This document shows, one piece after another, positions 1-15,359 of a stretch of 64,000 nt of DNA. A program made the translations under genes and the position numbers. Below the pieces are notes generated by a model. That model searched no databases and was not told where the DNA came from. It was given only the letters and a program-made list of their open reading frames with translations. The DNA comes from the human T2T-CHM13v2.0 reference genome, Homo sapiens: assembly GCF_009914755.1 (NCBI RefSeq), contig NC_060935.1, one strand, 5' to 3'. Each line of letters begins with the position of its first letter. Position 1 is the first letter of the stretch.

Positions 1-303
1 CTTTCCCAGTCACGCCCCAGCTGCCAGGTTTTTTTCTCCAGGCCTACTACAGATGGGTTACCCTGACTCCACCCCCAACACCCTCCAATGATTAGAACCA
101 CTGACTCCTCCCTCCCATGCCTGCCTCCATGGCAGGCCCCTGCAGAAACCAAACATAGTCACCTTAGACTCTGGCATACTGAGACCAGGGCTTGATCCTG
201 GCCCCCTTGCCTCCCTGGCAATTTATCATTTAATAAAAATATTGTTAAAAAATATTCATGCGTCTAAAATATGTGTATTGTTTCAGAATGTAGCATCAAA
301 TTA

Positions 304-445
<142 letters not shown>

Positions 446-559
446 TTGGTTTCCCTGGGCACAGGACATTGCACCGGATTGGGGAGCATTTCCCCTACTC
501 TGTTAGGACATTATGTAACAAAGACTGAGGGTTCTTGTGTTATTTATAACAAAAGGCCA

Positions 560-840
560 AAAATAGTTACATTTGAGTTGGTTCATGTAGTGAACTATTG
601 TGTAGCTGTTAAAAGGCATTTGAAGACTTTTTCATGACAGAAGGAAAAAGGCATATTCCAAAACTGTATGTACAGTATGTTCATAATTTTATAAAGTATC
701 TATGTGCATAGGAACTTTGCAGAAAGACACCAAAATCTCCAGAAGTTGGAATTCTGGCTGATTTTTATTTTATCATTTTTTTTTATTTTCCACAATGAAC
801 ATTATTATCATGAGAATAAAAGAAATCCCATATTATAAAA
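560..840 (+). mobile_element. Old L1M (L1ME/MC-like) 3' end fragment
   Basis: Degenerate L1 3'UTR-like text (aactgtatgtacagtatg...ttccacaatgaacatt); boundaries approximate. Confidence 0.5.
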
Positions 841-1319
841 GTTGTTGGGTCTTCCCTGCTGGAAATGAAGAAGGAATCACAGCTGCTCTGGTGAGGGAGC
901 TGTTAGGTCCAGTGCTCTCTGACACTTGACTGCTTAGGCCAGCGGAGGTGGAAGGCCCAAATGGGAGTCAGATCCTGTAATCCTGCCAACCATCAGGAGG
1001 AGACAGATTTAGATCTGGTGGAGGACAAGGCAGTCTGTTCCTCCCTCACCGCCTCCCACTCACTTTTCCTTTCTCTTGCACCTTCTTTGTGCTGTAGTGA
1101 CAAGCACTCTGCTCTTAAGGGCAGAAGACCTGGGTCCACATCTTGACCCTCACACCCCCTAGATAGGTGGCTGGATGAATTTTTCAGTCCTACCAAACCT
1201 TACCCCGTTTACCTATAAGACACAGAGCAGAAGCCTCAGATTGATCATTAGCAGCTCAATCGTACCTAAGGGACTTTGCAATTTTTTTTTAACACACCCA
1301 CATCTTCTTAACAGCAACT

Positions 1320-1760
1320 CTTTTCCCTCTTTCTAGAATGTCATGTGGTTAATTCCTTCTTGTCATTTGGGTCTCAGAGTGGCACCTCCTCAAAGAGTTC
1401 CTCACTCCCCTCAGTCCCTCTCCATACATTTTTTATTTTTGCTGAGTACTGTTCCCTAACTATTATCTTATACATTTGCTAGCTTGCTTCTTGTCTCCTG
1501 GAAATTAAATTCTTTGGGAGCAGGAATCTTGCCTGCCTTGAGCACCACTGTATCTCCATTACCTAAAACACTGTCTGTCACCAATTAAATGAGTCAAGTA
1601 CTGTGCAATACATTTTCACCATGTTTTCTTATTTAATCTTCCCAAGAACCCCGTGTGGTTTATGTATGAGAGAAAAGTTAAGAACAGAGAGGTGAAGTAC
1701 AATGAGTAAGTGACAAAGCCAGAATTAGCACTAATTCTGTAACACTTTCCACTTTGCTAC
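1320..1760. mobile_element. L2 3' fragment followed by MIR
   Basis: L2 tail-like gggagcaggaatcttg...ctgtatctccattacctaaaacactg, then MIR-core-like atttaatcttcccaagaaccc...acagagaggtgaagta. Confidence 0.55.
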
Positions 1761-4431
1761 CCCTCCCTCCCATGCAGCCAGCATGAAGCCTGTTTTGGAG
1801 AGAGGGCTGGGACGGTTCAAGGGCAGGGAACATGAAGAGCCAAATTTCTGAGTCTGGAAAGTTCAAAATAGGAAAAAGACAGAATTGGGTTATGGTCATG
1901 GGAAATAGGGGGAGCAAAGGCTGGAAAGAGCTGGAGAAGCTTGCTTGGAGTTTAGGATCTTGAGACCATTTTATAAGTATCTGAGTGACACATCCTCCCT
2001 TTCATTTATTCCATAAGTAGACATTGAACACTTCCTGTGGGTTTTAAGTGGTTCAGAACTTCCCTGGAAGGGGCAGCCCCTGTCCTTAAGTAAACACCTA
2101 CTGTGTGCTCCATGTGGCTCAGGACACATCTAGGCTGGGAGATCGTTGTCCTTGTCCTGCCGGTGCCCGGGGTACTGCCTCGAGCCAACTGGGTGTCTGC
2201 TTAGTAGGGGTTACCTGCCCTGAGCAGAGACAGATGGGAGATTTCAGTCATCATTAAGGCTTATTGACCAGCAAGGCTGGAATTTCCCAGAGAGAGGAAG
2301 TAATCTCTCTGCTGACTGAGAGCAGACATCCTGCTGGGAGTAGTTACATAAATTCTGTTGCTCAAATTAATTAGGATTGTGATTCATTTGTTTAATGAGG
2401 AAGAATCTGATGATGGCAAGAGTCAAGCCAGCCTGGCCTTTCAGAGCCCAGCCAATCCCAGGTGACACTGTGGCAGGTGGGAGGATCCGGTGGCTGGAGC
2501 AGGGCTCTGCCATGGGCAGAAGAACCTAGCCAATCAGTAAAAGGAACAAACTGAGGCAGGCAAAGACAGCCAATCAGAATTCAGTGCTAGTTTAGAAGGG
2601 GATCCGAGGCTTTGGAGTCTCCTGAAGCTCATGTCTGTGTAGTCTCTCAGCCAAGCATGGAAGGATCTCTCAGCTTCATCCAGAGTCTTACACCCTCCTC
2701 TTTTTCCAAGCTGTGGAGAAAAATTTCTGACCTGAGATCACCTCAGCAGCACTCCCAGGACCCATCCAGCCATTTCCCCCATCCCCAAAATTTGCAGGAG
2801 GAAGGGTTATTTCAATAAAGCAAAAACCTGTTGCCTGAAGCATATAAAAAGATTCTTCTCTTTCTCCTACCTCTACTTACAAAGTGACCCCTCCCTTCTA
2901 CTCAGAATGTCCCTACTGCCTATTCAAGGTAAGCCCCAAATCCCACCAGCATCACCTTCATTCTACCTGTGAGGCCCCTGCTGGCCTGGGTCTCAGCTTC
3001 CTTAAGACCTGGGTCTCAGCTGCGGTAATACCGGTGAGAGACAGGATGGTTGCTGGATGAGGGTAGCCACAGTGGGGAGGGAGAGATGCAGAAACTCCAC
3101 ACAACTCCGGGGGTCATGATTCATATTATAGTGTATGTGATGGTGCCCTTTGGGATAGAACAGAAAAGGTGCTTCCTGAAGGTGTGTTTCCTGGTGGCCC
3201 TGAAGAAAAGGGGCCAGAGTCAGCAAATGTTTGGAAAGGCAGAAGGATTTGGTGATGGACTACATGTTGGGGAAGAAAAAAGGAGAATAATGCAAATTTT
3301 GGGACTTATGAATTCACAGCAACATCTACAGAAACCCCCACGGAGCCTTGTTTTCTTTCAAGGCTCACCCACCTCTTACTGTGACAGACCAGACTGGTGT
3401 GACCTGGATAAATCATGAGTTGGGCACAACAGGACCTGTAATGAAGCAGGAGTATTGTCAAGGGTGGGTGCTGGGCTGCCCCAAGGGCTTCGTCTTCTCT
3501 GCATACCAGGCCGAGAAGCTTCACCTGGAGCCTGGTCAGTTGTGCCTCAGTTAGAGAATGTGTAGCCACAAAGGGCCACTGGTCTGGGAACCAAAAGTAC
3601 AAAATGGAGTGAGCTAGGACAGATCTTGTCAGCTCTCTGGGCCTTACTTGCCTCGTCCTTGAAAGGTGCCTATTGTCTGCCCTGAGGAGAATAGATCTTC
3701 TGCTCTTGCTCCCTATAGACTGTCGCCCATCAGCTGCTAGAGAGATCTTTTGTAAATTTAAGTCAGACCTTGTTATTTCCTATATTTTAAATCCCTCTAA
3801 AGCCTTTTCAACACATTCAGAATTTCTAAAAAAAACAAAAAAGAGAAACTAATCCTTGGCAAAGGAGGCCCATGTGATCTAGCCCCTGCCTGCCTTTCAG
3901 TCACCCTCCTCTGCAGCTCCCATCCCTCACCCCACTCTGCCCATGCCAGCGCTCCTTCTGATCCTTGAATCCAAGCCCATTCAAATCATAAGGCCTTTGC
4001 ACTGACTGGTCTCTGTCCCTGGGGCATCTTTCCCCAGCTCTTTACATGGGTGGAAATTCAATTCTGCTTAAATGTCACCTTCTTGGACAGACTTTCCCCA
4101 ACTAATCTAAAGTAGCCCAGGCTCCATCCATTACCCTGTCTAATTTTTCATTGTAACATTTTTTACTACCCTTCTTTTATTGGTTTGTTGTCTACCTTCC
4201 TCACCTGGAATTTAAGGTCCACGAGCCCGAGGGCTTTCCCCATGGCATCAGTCAGGGTCCAGCCAGGAGAACAGGAACTGCACTACATATTTCAGAGGTG
4301 TCATTTAATAAAAGAAGTTACTTTCAATAAAACATATTAGAGGGAGAGGAAAAATCTAAACACGAACACTGAAGTAAGACAGAGGTAATAACCACAAGAA
4401 GTAGTGTGTGTTGTCAGAATCTATGTACTGG

Positions 4432-4731
4432 GGCCGGGCACAGTGGCTCACACCTGTAATCCCAGCACTTTAGGAGGCTGAGGCGGGAGGATTGCTTGAG
4501 GTCAGGAGTTCAAGACCAGCCTAACCAACATGGTAAAAACCCATCTCTACTAAAAATACAAAAATTAGCTGAGTGTGGTGGTGGGTGCCTATAATCCCAG
4601 CTACTCGGGAGGCTGAGGCAGGAGACTCACTTTAACCCAGAGGCAGAGGTTGCAGTGAGCCAAGATTGTGCCACTGCACTCCAGCCTGGGCAACAGAGAC
4701 TCCATCTCAAAAACAAACAAACAAGCAAAAA
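4432..4731 (+). mobile_element. AluS, full length
   Basis: Dimeric Alu; TSD agaatctatgt(a/g)ctg at 4416-4430 and 4732-4746. Confidence 0.95.
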
Positions 4732-5046
4732 AGAATCTATGTGCTGTGAGGAAGAACCCACAGAGGTAGGAGCCAGTCCTCCAAGGGGGCACCACCCAGC
4801 TGCCACTCACCTCTAAGGTGGCATAGGGAGGCTGGTTCTGGGAGCGTTGAAAGGAGCTAGAAACTAGAGCCAGCTTCTGCCACGAGGAAGAAGGGCCATT
4901 GCTGGGGCAACCCTGGCAAGCATAGAGGAAGCATAAAGGAAAGATCAGTTTCCTGCTTCCTCTGCCTGCCTTCCAGTGTCCAACTAGTATCACCGCCAAT
5001 GAAAACCGGAAGTCCCATGTCAAAGGATATACCAGCCCCAGCATCA

Positions 5047-5546
<500 letters not shown>

Positions 5547-6144
5547 TCAAATATTTGTTGAATGGATGGATGAAAAATGAATCATGCACCATATACAGTG
5601 TTAGTAGCTAGGGGTGCAGATATGAGACACACACTCTAACCTCAAGTGGCTCACACTCTAGTAAGAGAAACAGGCATTGTTTATGGTTCAGGATAAGTGT
5701 AACAAGAGAAGCACCTGCAATGTACTTTGGAAGCACAGAAGAGAGACTCGTCATGGCCAAGGACAAAGAGGAATTAGTGAGACACACAGGGAAGCTGATG
5801 GTCAGAGGTGTGAGGTTGCAGAGCACGTTAGGGCTGGGAACAGTTCATACAAAGTCAGAGCTTGGAGAGAGTATGACTCAAGTAGTTCATGACAGCTGGA
5901 GCATCCATAGGACATCAGGGAGAGCTGAGCCTGGAAAGCTCAAGTCCAGCTCATGAAGGCTTCTTATGTCATGCTCAAGGTCAAGGAGCACCGGCCAGGG
6001 TTTCACCTCAAGGCAAAGGAGTACTGGCCAGGATTTATGAGCAGGACAGCACATGATCAGAGAGTAACATGATCAGATCTGAGGAGTATGAGTTTGCAGG
6101 GAGAAGAATGAAGACTGGAGCCCAGTTAGAAAGTTTTTAGAATA

Positions 6145-7207
<1,063 letters not shown>

Positions 7208-7636
7208 ATAGGTATTCATCTAACTGTATACTTTCATGGATGTAGTTTGCTATTTGTAATTTATACCTCAATAAAGTCGGATTAAAACAAGAAATAAATG
7301 ATGGGAATCTGAGCAAAGGCTGTGAAGGTTGAGGACCAAAGGAGGGGAAGAAAGAACTACCGAGGAGCTGGGATCACTCAGCCTGTAAACTGTCACGGGA
7401 TAACCCAGGCTCCGGTGCCTGAGAGTCAGCCAGGTCGTTACATCGTCCCCTCACGAACGTGTAAGACTTCAGAGTTGGAAAGAGCCTTCAGAGAATACAT
7501 CAGTGTCCCAACAGGAAACAGAACTCTGCTCAAATAGTTCAACTGAAGAGACCTTACTGAGGAGGTACTATTTACAGAAGGCTAGATTAAAGAAACCAAG
7601 AAGAATATTGAGAAACCCAGAGACTGCAAACTGCTG

Positions 7637-8337
<701 letters not shown>

Positions 8338-9289
8338 TGCTGGAAACCACCCATGGGCCTAAAGAAGGTTACTGGAGCCCACTGAGGCCTGGAGCAGTGG
8401 GAAGGACTGCTGGAAAGAAGCTATAGCCAGGCAGAATGGCACTGGCCCAACCCTGCATCAAAGCAGAGAGGTAGCAGAGAAGAAATACTCTCCCACTTTC
8501 CAGCCTCCTGCCTGTGTCTCCCAGTGGCCAAATCATACTGGAGCCAATAGACACAGGAACCCATTGATTCATTCCACAGGGATCAGCCTTCTGAGGCACA
8601 GAGCAATTCTAAGAAGGAGAGACAATGAATTGAAGACGACAAGTGGAGAACAACAGCATCATGTACTGCAATTTCCACCCTGTTGTTTTTCCCCAGAAGA
8701 AGCCTCAGAGAGTGGAGGCAATCTGCCAAAGGCCATGTAGCAAGTTAGGACAGGGCCCTTAGCTCCTCTTCCTTGGGGCCCAGGTTCCTTGCACACTGGG
8801 CCTGCACCGAAGGCAGCCAGGTGGGATGCCCCATTGTCTTGGAGCTGCAGCTGCAGGTCCCAATTAGCCAGAGGAAGGCAGCTGAGCAAGGGCAGCAGTG
8901 GGCAGGGCCAGGAAAGATGAACATCCAAGGGCTGGCCACCCACCCTCAATGTCAGGAAGGTAATAGACACTTGCTTCCTTGTCTCATGATTTGCTACCTG
9001 CCCCCCTGGTCCCCATTTCCTCTCTTGAGTCCTCCCTAGACCTGGGGACAGGAACCCAGACCTAGGATTGGCAGGAACAAAGGGAGGAGACTCTGCTTCC
9101 CTGGTAGCCAGTGCTGCTCATCGATTCCCTAGAGCTGCTCACTGATCCAGCACAAGATGGTTTAATTGAAGTCACTACAATAAATGGTGCAGAAAAGCAA
9201 CACCCTTTGTCTGCCAGGAGCCTCAGAGAAATGGGAGAGGGAGCTGGGAAAACCAGCAGCAGCAACTGCCATTACACGATGATGCAAAG

Positions 9290-9850
9290 GGGGTGAGACT
9301 GAGGCGTCACAGAGTCCTGGGTTCGAAGCCTGACTGGTCACTTACAAGTTATGTGACCTTAGTCAAGTCCCTTTATCTTCCCGAGCTTCTAGGTCCTAGT
9401 CTAGGAAAATGGGAATATTGTAACCTGTCCTCCCAGGCCCTGCATGACCCTGGGCCCTGCCTGCATCTCCAGCTCCATCTCCCACCACCTCTCACCTCCT
9501 GTCACTCTGCGGTTACCCACGTGGGTTGCTGTTCCCTGCCAGTCCTCATATTTCACTCACATGGATCTCTCCCCTGAAATGCCCTTCCCATTCCTTCCTT
9601 GAGTAATTCCTACTCACCTTTCAAGATTCAGATCCAGAGTCACCTCCTCCAGCATGACCCTCTATGCCCAGCCTCCCTTCCCCTGAGTGCCTCTAGCACA
9701 CCCCGACTGCTGACATCCATTTGGCATTTGACACTCCCTCTCGTGCACAACAGTCTTTCTCTCTCCCTGTGGCTTATCTTCTCATGGAGATAAACATGGG
9801 AGCTGTATCTTCTCTTTCTCATCTTCACATGCCTAATATATGCCTAACAT
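9290..9850 (+). mobile_element. MIR followed by L2 fragment
   Basis: MIR core ctgggttcgaagcctgac...tgtgaccttagtcaagt; L2-like tcctactcacctttcaagattcag. Confidence 0.6.
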
Positions 9851-10154
9851 CACAGTCGTGTTGGGGTTGGGGGTACTGAGGTGCAGAGATTCAGAGTCCA
9901 GAGGTGGGCACAGCCAGGATGCAGCCGGCACTGGCAGATGATAACTCCCATGTAGCCACGAAGCTCCCTTCCCAGATAGTTAGGATGGTACGTCCACCAT
10001 ATGTTCTTGTCTTCAGCATGGAACACAGCCTCCTCTGTGCCCAGGACCAGCTGGCTCTCTGCTCAGCTCCATAAACTACTATCTGATTCAGTATCAGAGG
10101 ACAGAGGATCCAAGTTGTGAAATCATAAAATGTCAGCATCTAACCTTCTAATGT

Positions 10155-10530
10155 AGCAAAAGTGATGTCTCAGTACCTCCAGTCTACGTCATAAGAAGCC
10201 TTATCATTTCCACTTGTGTCTCTTGGGATGCTCTCTCTCAGAATCCAGGTGCCCTTCCATGAGAAGCCCAAGCCATGTGGAGAAGCCACGTCTAGGGACT
10301 CCAGTTAACACTCTCAGCTGAGTCCCCAGCTGACAGTCAGCATCAACTGCCAGCCACCTCTGTCTAAAAGTGGGCTATCTTGGGCATCCAGCCCAGTCAA
10401 GCCTTCAGATGAGTCCAGTCCCAGCCACTATCTCACACAACCACACGAGAGACATCAAGAACTCCCAGTGGAGTCCAGTCAGCCCATGGAACTGCAAGAG
10501 GTAATAAATTATTGTTTTACAGTACTAAAA
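10155..10530 (+). mobile_element. MLT1G/H-like MaLR LTR
   Basis: gagaagcccaagccatgtggagaagccacg...ccagcccagtcaagccttcagatga...aataaattattgtttta. Confidence 0.7.
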
Positions 10531-11693
10531 AAAGTTTTAAAGAAATGTAATAGCAATGTCATCCTACTTATGAGAAGCAGAAGCTCAGAAATGCCATGTA
10601 ACTTATCCAAGGTCATAAAATAAGTTAGAGGCAGAGTACAGTGCAGCTAACTGTTGTCACCCATCATCAGCATCAGAGATGATAAAGGGAAGTGAGCTAT
10701 CTGGGGTGGGAGTGGAGGGAGAGAGAAGGAAGCTAAATTGTGTAGGAAACATCCCAAGTTAATTCTGTTTATCTGTTTAAGAAGAAACTATTTCAAATGT
10801 ATATGTATTTTTTTAATTTTAAAAAAGTGTCTTATGACTTTTCAGAGTTTACAGAGTTAATGGTTCTATATTTCAGCCTTGAGTTCATTTTGTTTTTTCT
10901 TCCCCCTTGAGATAATTAGCCATAAGCGTACCTGAGTACATTTTTCATGTCAAGAAGACAATGGCTTCAAAGGAAGGGAAAGGGCAGCCCCACAGGAGGC
11001 CCAGAAAAGAAGGCCAGGTGAAAAAAGCAAAGCCTCCCAGGGAAACATTCACATTTCCTGAATGATCTGTCATCAAAAATGCATGTGCATGCAGAGGGGC
11101 AACCAACAGAGTCAGGGCAAACGCAGCCAGGCTGGCCCCTGCTCCCAACTGTGCCCGGAGGACTTTGAAACACACCCATACCCAGGACAAAAGCAACCCT
11201 CCTTCCCGAAATCACTGCCACCTATCTGGCAAAACCACAAGTCCAAAGGAAAATCTTGGATTTGGCTTTTTTTTCAGGCTCCTAAATTTAAGCAACATTA
11301 ATTTTTTAAAGGCCTGTCCTGCTCTCTATACTGCAATGGAAGATTCAGGGGAGCAGCATTTCATGGTAAGATTAGAACCAGGCCATTCTGTTCTTAATCC
11401 TTACCTTGGAGTTGATGTGAAAAGGTGTTGGCTTCACACTTGGATAGTCCTGGGACTGGGCCCAGTATTCCCTTGTTGTATGTTCTGGAGCATTGCTGTG
11501 AGAAGCCATTATTTTTTGCTTATGTCCCTGGGGCTTTATTTACTTCACCTCGTGTTTAATCTTCCCAGCAACCCTATGAGGGAAGTATATTACCTCATTT
11601 CAAGGGTAAGGAGATTAGTCTCAAAAAGAAACACACACTCCAAATAACAGATGGGATTCAAACCTTGGCCTGCCCAATTCCAGAGATCTGCTC

Positions 11694-12040
11694 TAATATG
11701 GTTTTGCTGTGTCCCTACCCAAATCTCATCTTGAATTCCCACTTGTTGTGGGAGTGACACGGTGGGAAGTAACTGAATCATGGGGACAGGTCTTTCCCAG
11801 GCTATTCTGATGATAGTGAATAAGTATCATGAGATCTGATGGTTTTTAAAAGGGGAGTTTCCCTGCACAAGCTCTTCTTCTCTTGTCTGCTGCCATGTGA
11901 GATGTGACTTTCACCTTTCACCACAATTGTGAGGCTTCCCCAGCCACGTGGAACTGTAAGTCCATTAAACCTCTTTCTTTTGTAAATTGCTCAGTCTCGC
12001 ATATGTCTTTATCAGCAGTGTGAAAACGGACTAACAAATA
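11694..12040 (+). mobile_element. THE1 (A/B) solo LTR inserted in a MIR
   Basis: atatggttttgctgtgtccctacccaaatctcatcttgaatt...ctttatcagcagtgtgaaaacggactaa. Confidence 0.92.
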
Positions 12041-12061
12041 CTCTTCCCTGTACACCGCTTC

Positions 12062-12530
12062 TATCAGTTACATACTGCCATAATAATTCTGTGAAATAAA
12101 TAATCACAAAACCTAGGTGGTATGGAATAGTAAGGCTTTATTGATCACAGGTCTGGGATGGTTGGCTAGGTGGTTGTGCTGATCATGGCTGGGCTCACTA
12201 ACATGCTTAGGGCTTGGTTGCCATCGACTGACCTAGGCTGGCCTCAACTGGGACAGCTGGGATGACTCAGCTCTGCTCCAAGTGTCTCTAATCCTAGCCC
12301 AGGCATGTTCTCATGGCAATGGCACAGGTACAAGAGAGAAGGCAAACATGATTAGTTGCACAAGTATTTCTCAAGCTTTTGCTTACATCACATTTGCTGT
12401 TGTTATCCTGTTGGCCAGAGCAAGTTATATTGCTGAGCCCAGAATCAGAAAAGGACATTGCAGATGAATGGCAAAAGGTGTGCGTACAGGGAAGGGTAGG
12501 GATTTGGAACCAGTTTTGCAATCTACCACA
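12062..12530 (-). mobile_element. MLT1H/J-like MaLR LTR
   Basis: tatcagtta...ggctgggctcact...ttttgcaatctaccaca. Confidence 0.7.
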
Positions 12531-13214
12531 TGATCTTGGGTAAGTTACAGTCCCCTCTCAGAGCCTCTGCTCCTGCATTTTTTAATAGGATGGTATCTAC
12601 TTCATAGGGCAGCTGAGATCATTAAATAAGACAAGCTGTGTGAAACACTAGCAAATTGAGAACTACCCTTCCTACTGATGTATTTCAAGTGTACAAGCCT
12701 GGGGGTGTTTGTACACATTAACAGAGATACATGAAAACCTCCATGTCTATTTCCAGAGTCCACAGAATTCTACCCAAGTCTCAGAGGTGAGATGGTCCAA
12801 TCACTGAGATGATAAACAAGAATTGTAGAAAGAGAATAAATCAAGGAAGAAAACAATAAGTAAATGATGTAATTAAAGTTACTGTTGAATAACCTATCAA
12901 GGAGAGAATGAGTCAGTGGCAAGTTGAAGCGATGAATCAGGCACAATGTCATGTTTCTAGAATTCTTGTCTATTTCAAGAAAGCCTGATGTCCCAGTTAA
13001 AAGAGCACCTTGAGCCTGTAGCAACAACATCTGGAAGGAAACACTCTTGTAATTTTAATTCCTCCTGGGTGCCACCACTAACGACAGGAGCAGCACCCGG
13101 GTAGCACAGTTAGGCACTCCATAAAATCTCTCGTGGGAGGAGCTGAAAACTACAACATTACCTCAAATGTATTCAAGGGGATTTTATTTTTTATTTTTAT
13201 TTTTGCTGGATTTA

Positions 13215-15234
13215 TTTATTTATTTTTTTTTTTAATTTATTTTTTTATTGATAATTCTTGGGTGTTTCTCACAGAGGGGGATTTGGCAGGGTCATGGGAC
13301 AATAGTGGAGGGAAGGTCAGCAGATAAACAAGTGAACAAAGGTCTCTGGTTTTCCTAGGCAGAGGACCCTGCGGCCTTCCGCAGTGTTTGTGTCCCTGAT
13401 TACTTGAGATTAGGGATTGGTGATGACTCTTAACGAGCATGCTGCCTTCAAGCATCTGTTTAACAAAGCACATCTTGCACCGCCCTTAATCCATTTAACC
13501 CTGAGTGGACACAGCACATGTTTCAGAGAGCACAGGGTTGGGGGTAAGGTCACAGATCAACAGGAACCCAAGGCAGAGGAATTTTTCTTAGTGCAGAACA
13601 AAATGAAAAGTCTCCCATGTCTACTTCTTTCTACACAGACACGGCAACCATCCGATTTCTCAATCTTTTCCCCACCTTTCCCGCCTTTCTATTCCACAAA
13701 GCCGCCATTGTCATCCTGGCCCGTTCTCAATGAGCTGTTGGGCACACCTCCCAGACGGGGTGGTGGCCGGGCAGAGGGGCTCCTCACTTCCCAGTAGGGG
13801 CGGCCGGGCAGAGGCGCCCCTCACCTCCCGGACGGGGCGGCTGGCCGGGCAGGGGGGCTGACCCCCCCCACCTCCCTCCCGGACGGGGCGGCTGGCCGGG
13901 CGGGGGGCTGACCCCCCAACCTCCCTCCCGGACGGGGCGGCTGGCCGGGCAGAGGGGCTCCTCACTTCCCAGTAGGGGCGGCCGGGCAGAGGCGCCCCTC
14001 ACCTCCCGGACGGGGCGGCTGGCCGGGTGCGGGGGCTGACCCCCACCACCTCCCTCCCGGACGGGGCGGCTGGCCGGGCGGGGGGCTGACACCCCCACCT
14101 CTCTCCCGGGCGGGGCGGCTGGCCGGGCAGAGGGGCTCCTCACTTCCCAGTAGGGGCGGCCGGGCAGAGGCGCCCCTCACCTCCCGGACGGGGCGGCTGG
14201 CCGGGCGGGGGGGCTGACCCCCCCCCACCTCCCTCCCGGACGGGGCGGCTGGCCGGGCGGGGGGCCGACCCCCCCCACCTCCCTCCCGGACGGGGCGGCT
14301 GGCCGGGCGGGGGGCCGACCCCCCCACCTCCCTCCCGGACGGGGCGGCTGGCAGGGCGGGGGGCCGACCCCCCCACCTCCCTCCCGGACGGGGCAGCTGG
14401 CCGGGCAGAGGGGCTCCTCACTTCCCAGTAGGGGCGGCCAGGCAGAGGCGCCCCTCACCTCCCGGACGGGGCGGCTGGCCGGGCGGGGGGCTGACCCCCC
14501 CACCTCCCTCCCGGACGGCACGGCTGGCCAGGCGGGGGGCTGACCCCCCCACCTCCCTCCCGGATGGGGCGGCTGGCCGGGCGGGAGGCTGACCCCCCCC
14601 CCACCTCCCTGCCGGACGGGGTGGCTGCCGGGCGGAGACGCTCCTCACTTCCCAGATGGGGTGGCTGCCGGGCGGAGAGGCTCCTCCCTTCTCAGACGGG
14701 GCAGCTGCCGGGCGGAGGGGCTCCTCACTTCTCAGACGGGGTGGTTGCCAGACAGAGGGTCTCCTCACTTCTCAGACGGGGCGGCCGGGCAGAGACGCTC
14801 CTCACCTCCCAGACGGGGTCTCGGCCGGGCAGAGGCGCTCCTCACATCCCAGATGGGGCAGCGGGGCAGAGGCGCTCCCCACATCTCAGACGATGGGCGG
14901 CCGGGCAGAGACGCTCCTCACTTCCTAGATGTGATGGCGGCTGGGAAGAGGCGCTCCTCACTTCCTAGATGGGATGGCGGCCGGGCGGAGACGCTCCTCA
15001 CTTTCCAGACTGGGCAGCCAGGCAGAGGGGCTCCTCACATCCCAGACGATGGGCGGCCAGGCAGAAACACTCCTCACTTCCCAGACGGGGTGGCAGCCGG
15101 GCAGAGGCTGCAATCTCGGCACTTTGGGAGGCCAAGGCAGGCGGCTGCTCCTTGCCCTCGGGCCCCGCGGGGCCCGTCCGCTCCTCCAGCCGCTGCCTCC
15201 CGGGCGGCGCTCGCCGGCGCGGCGGCAAAGACTC
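13215..15234 (-). mobile_element. SVA_F1 (CpG-SVA / MAST2-SVA) retrotransposon, about 2.0 kb
   Basis: On minus: MAST2 exon 1 piece, short Alu-like remnant, GC-rich VNTR (about 13745-15110), SINE-R (about 13250-13745), polyA. No CCCTCT hexamer. TSD tatttttgctggattt(a) at 13198-13214 and 15235-15251; L1-endonuclease-type TTT/AAAA site. Confidence 0.96.
15145..15233 (-). pseudogene. MAST2: 5'-transduced fragment of MAST2 exon 1 within SVA_F1
   Basis: Translates SLPPRRRAPPGRQRLEERTGPAGPEGKEQ, matching the recalled MAST2 N-terminal region; joins the SVA at ...GGAGCAG|CCGCCTGCCTTGGCC. Confidence 0.9.
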
Positions 15235-15359
15235 TATTTTTGCTGGATTTAAAACATTGTTTTTATGGGTAAAATGTAACTGAAAATATGACCATCATAA
15301 CATACTTAAACCAAAAAACAAGTATTCAAACCACAGGTCTTATGTCAATTCACATCTGT

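Noticed and set aside
13745-15110. Regularly spaced repeats that could be mistaken for a CRISPR array
   Set aside because: SVA VNTR units with no unique spacers, in eukaryotic DNA.
13417-15283. Many overlapping Pro/Arg/Gly-rich ORFs, including a MAST2-SVA fusion frame
   Set aside because: Translations of the SVA VNTR and SINE-R; the MAST2 fragment lacks its ATG.
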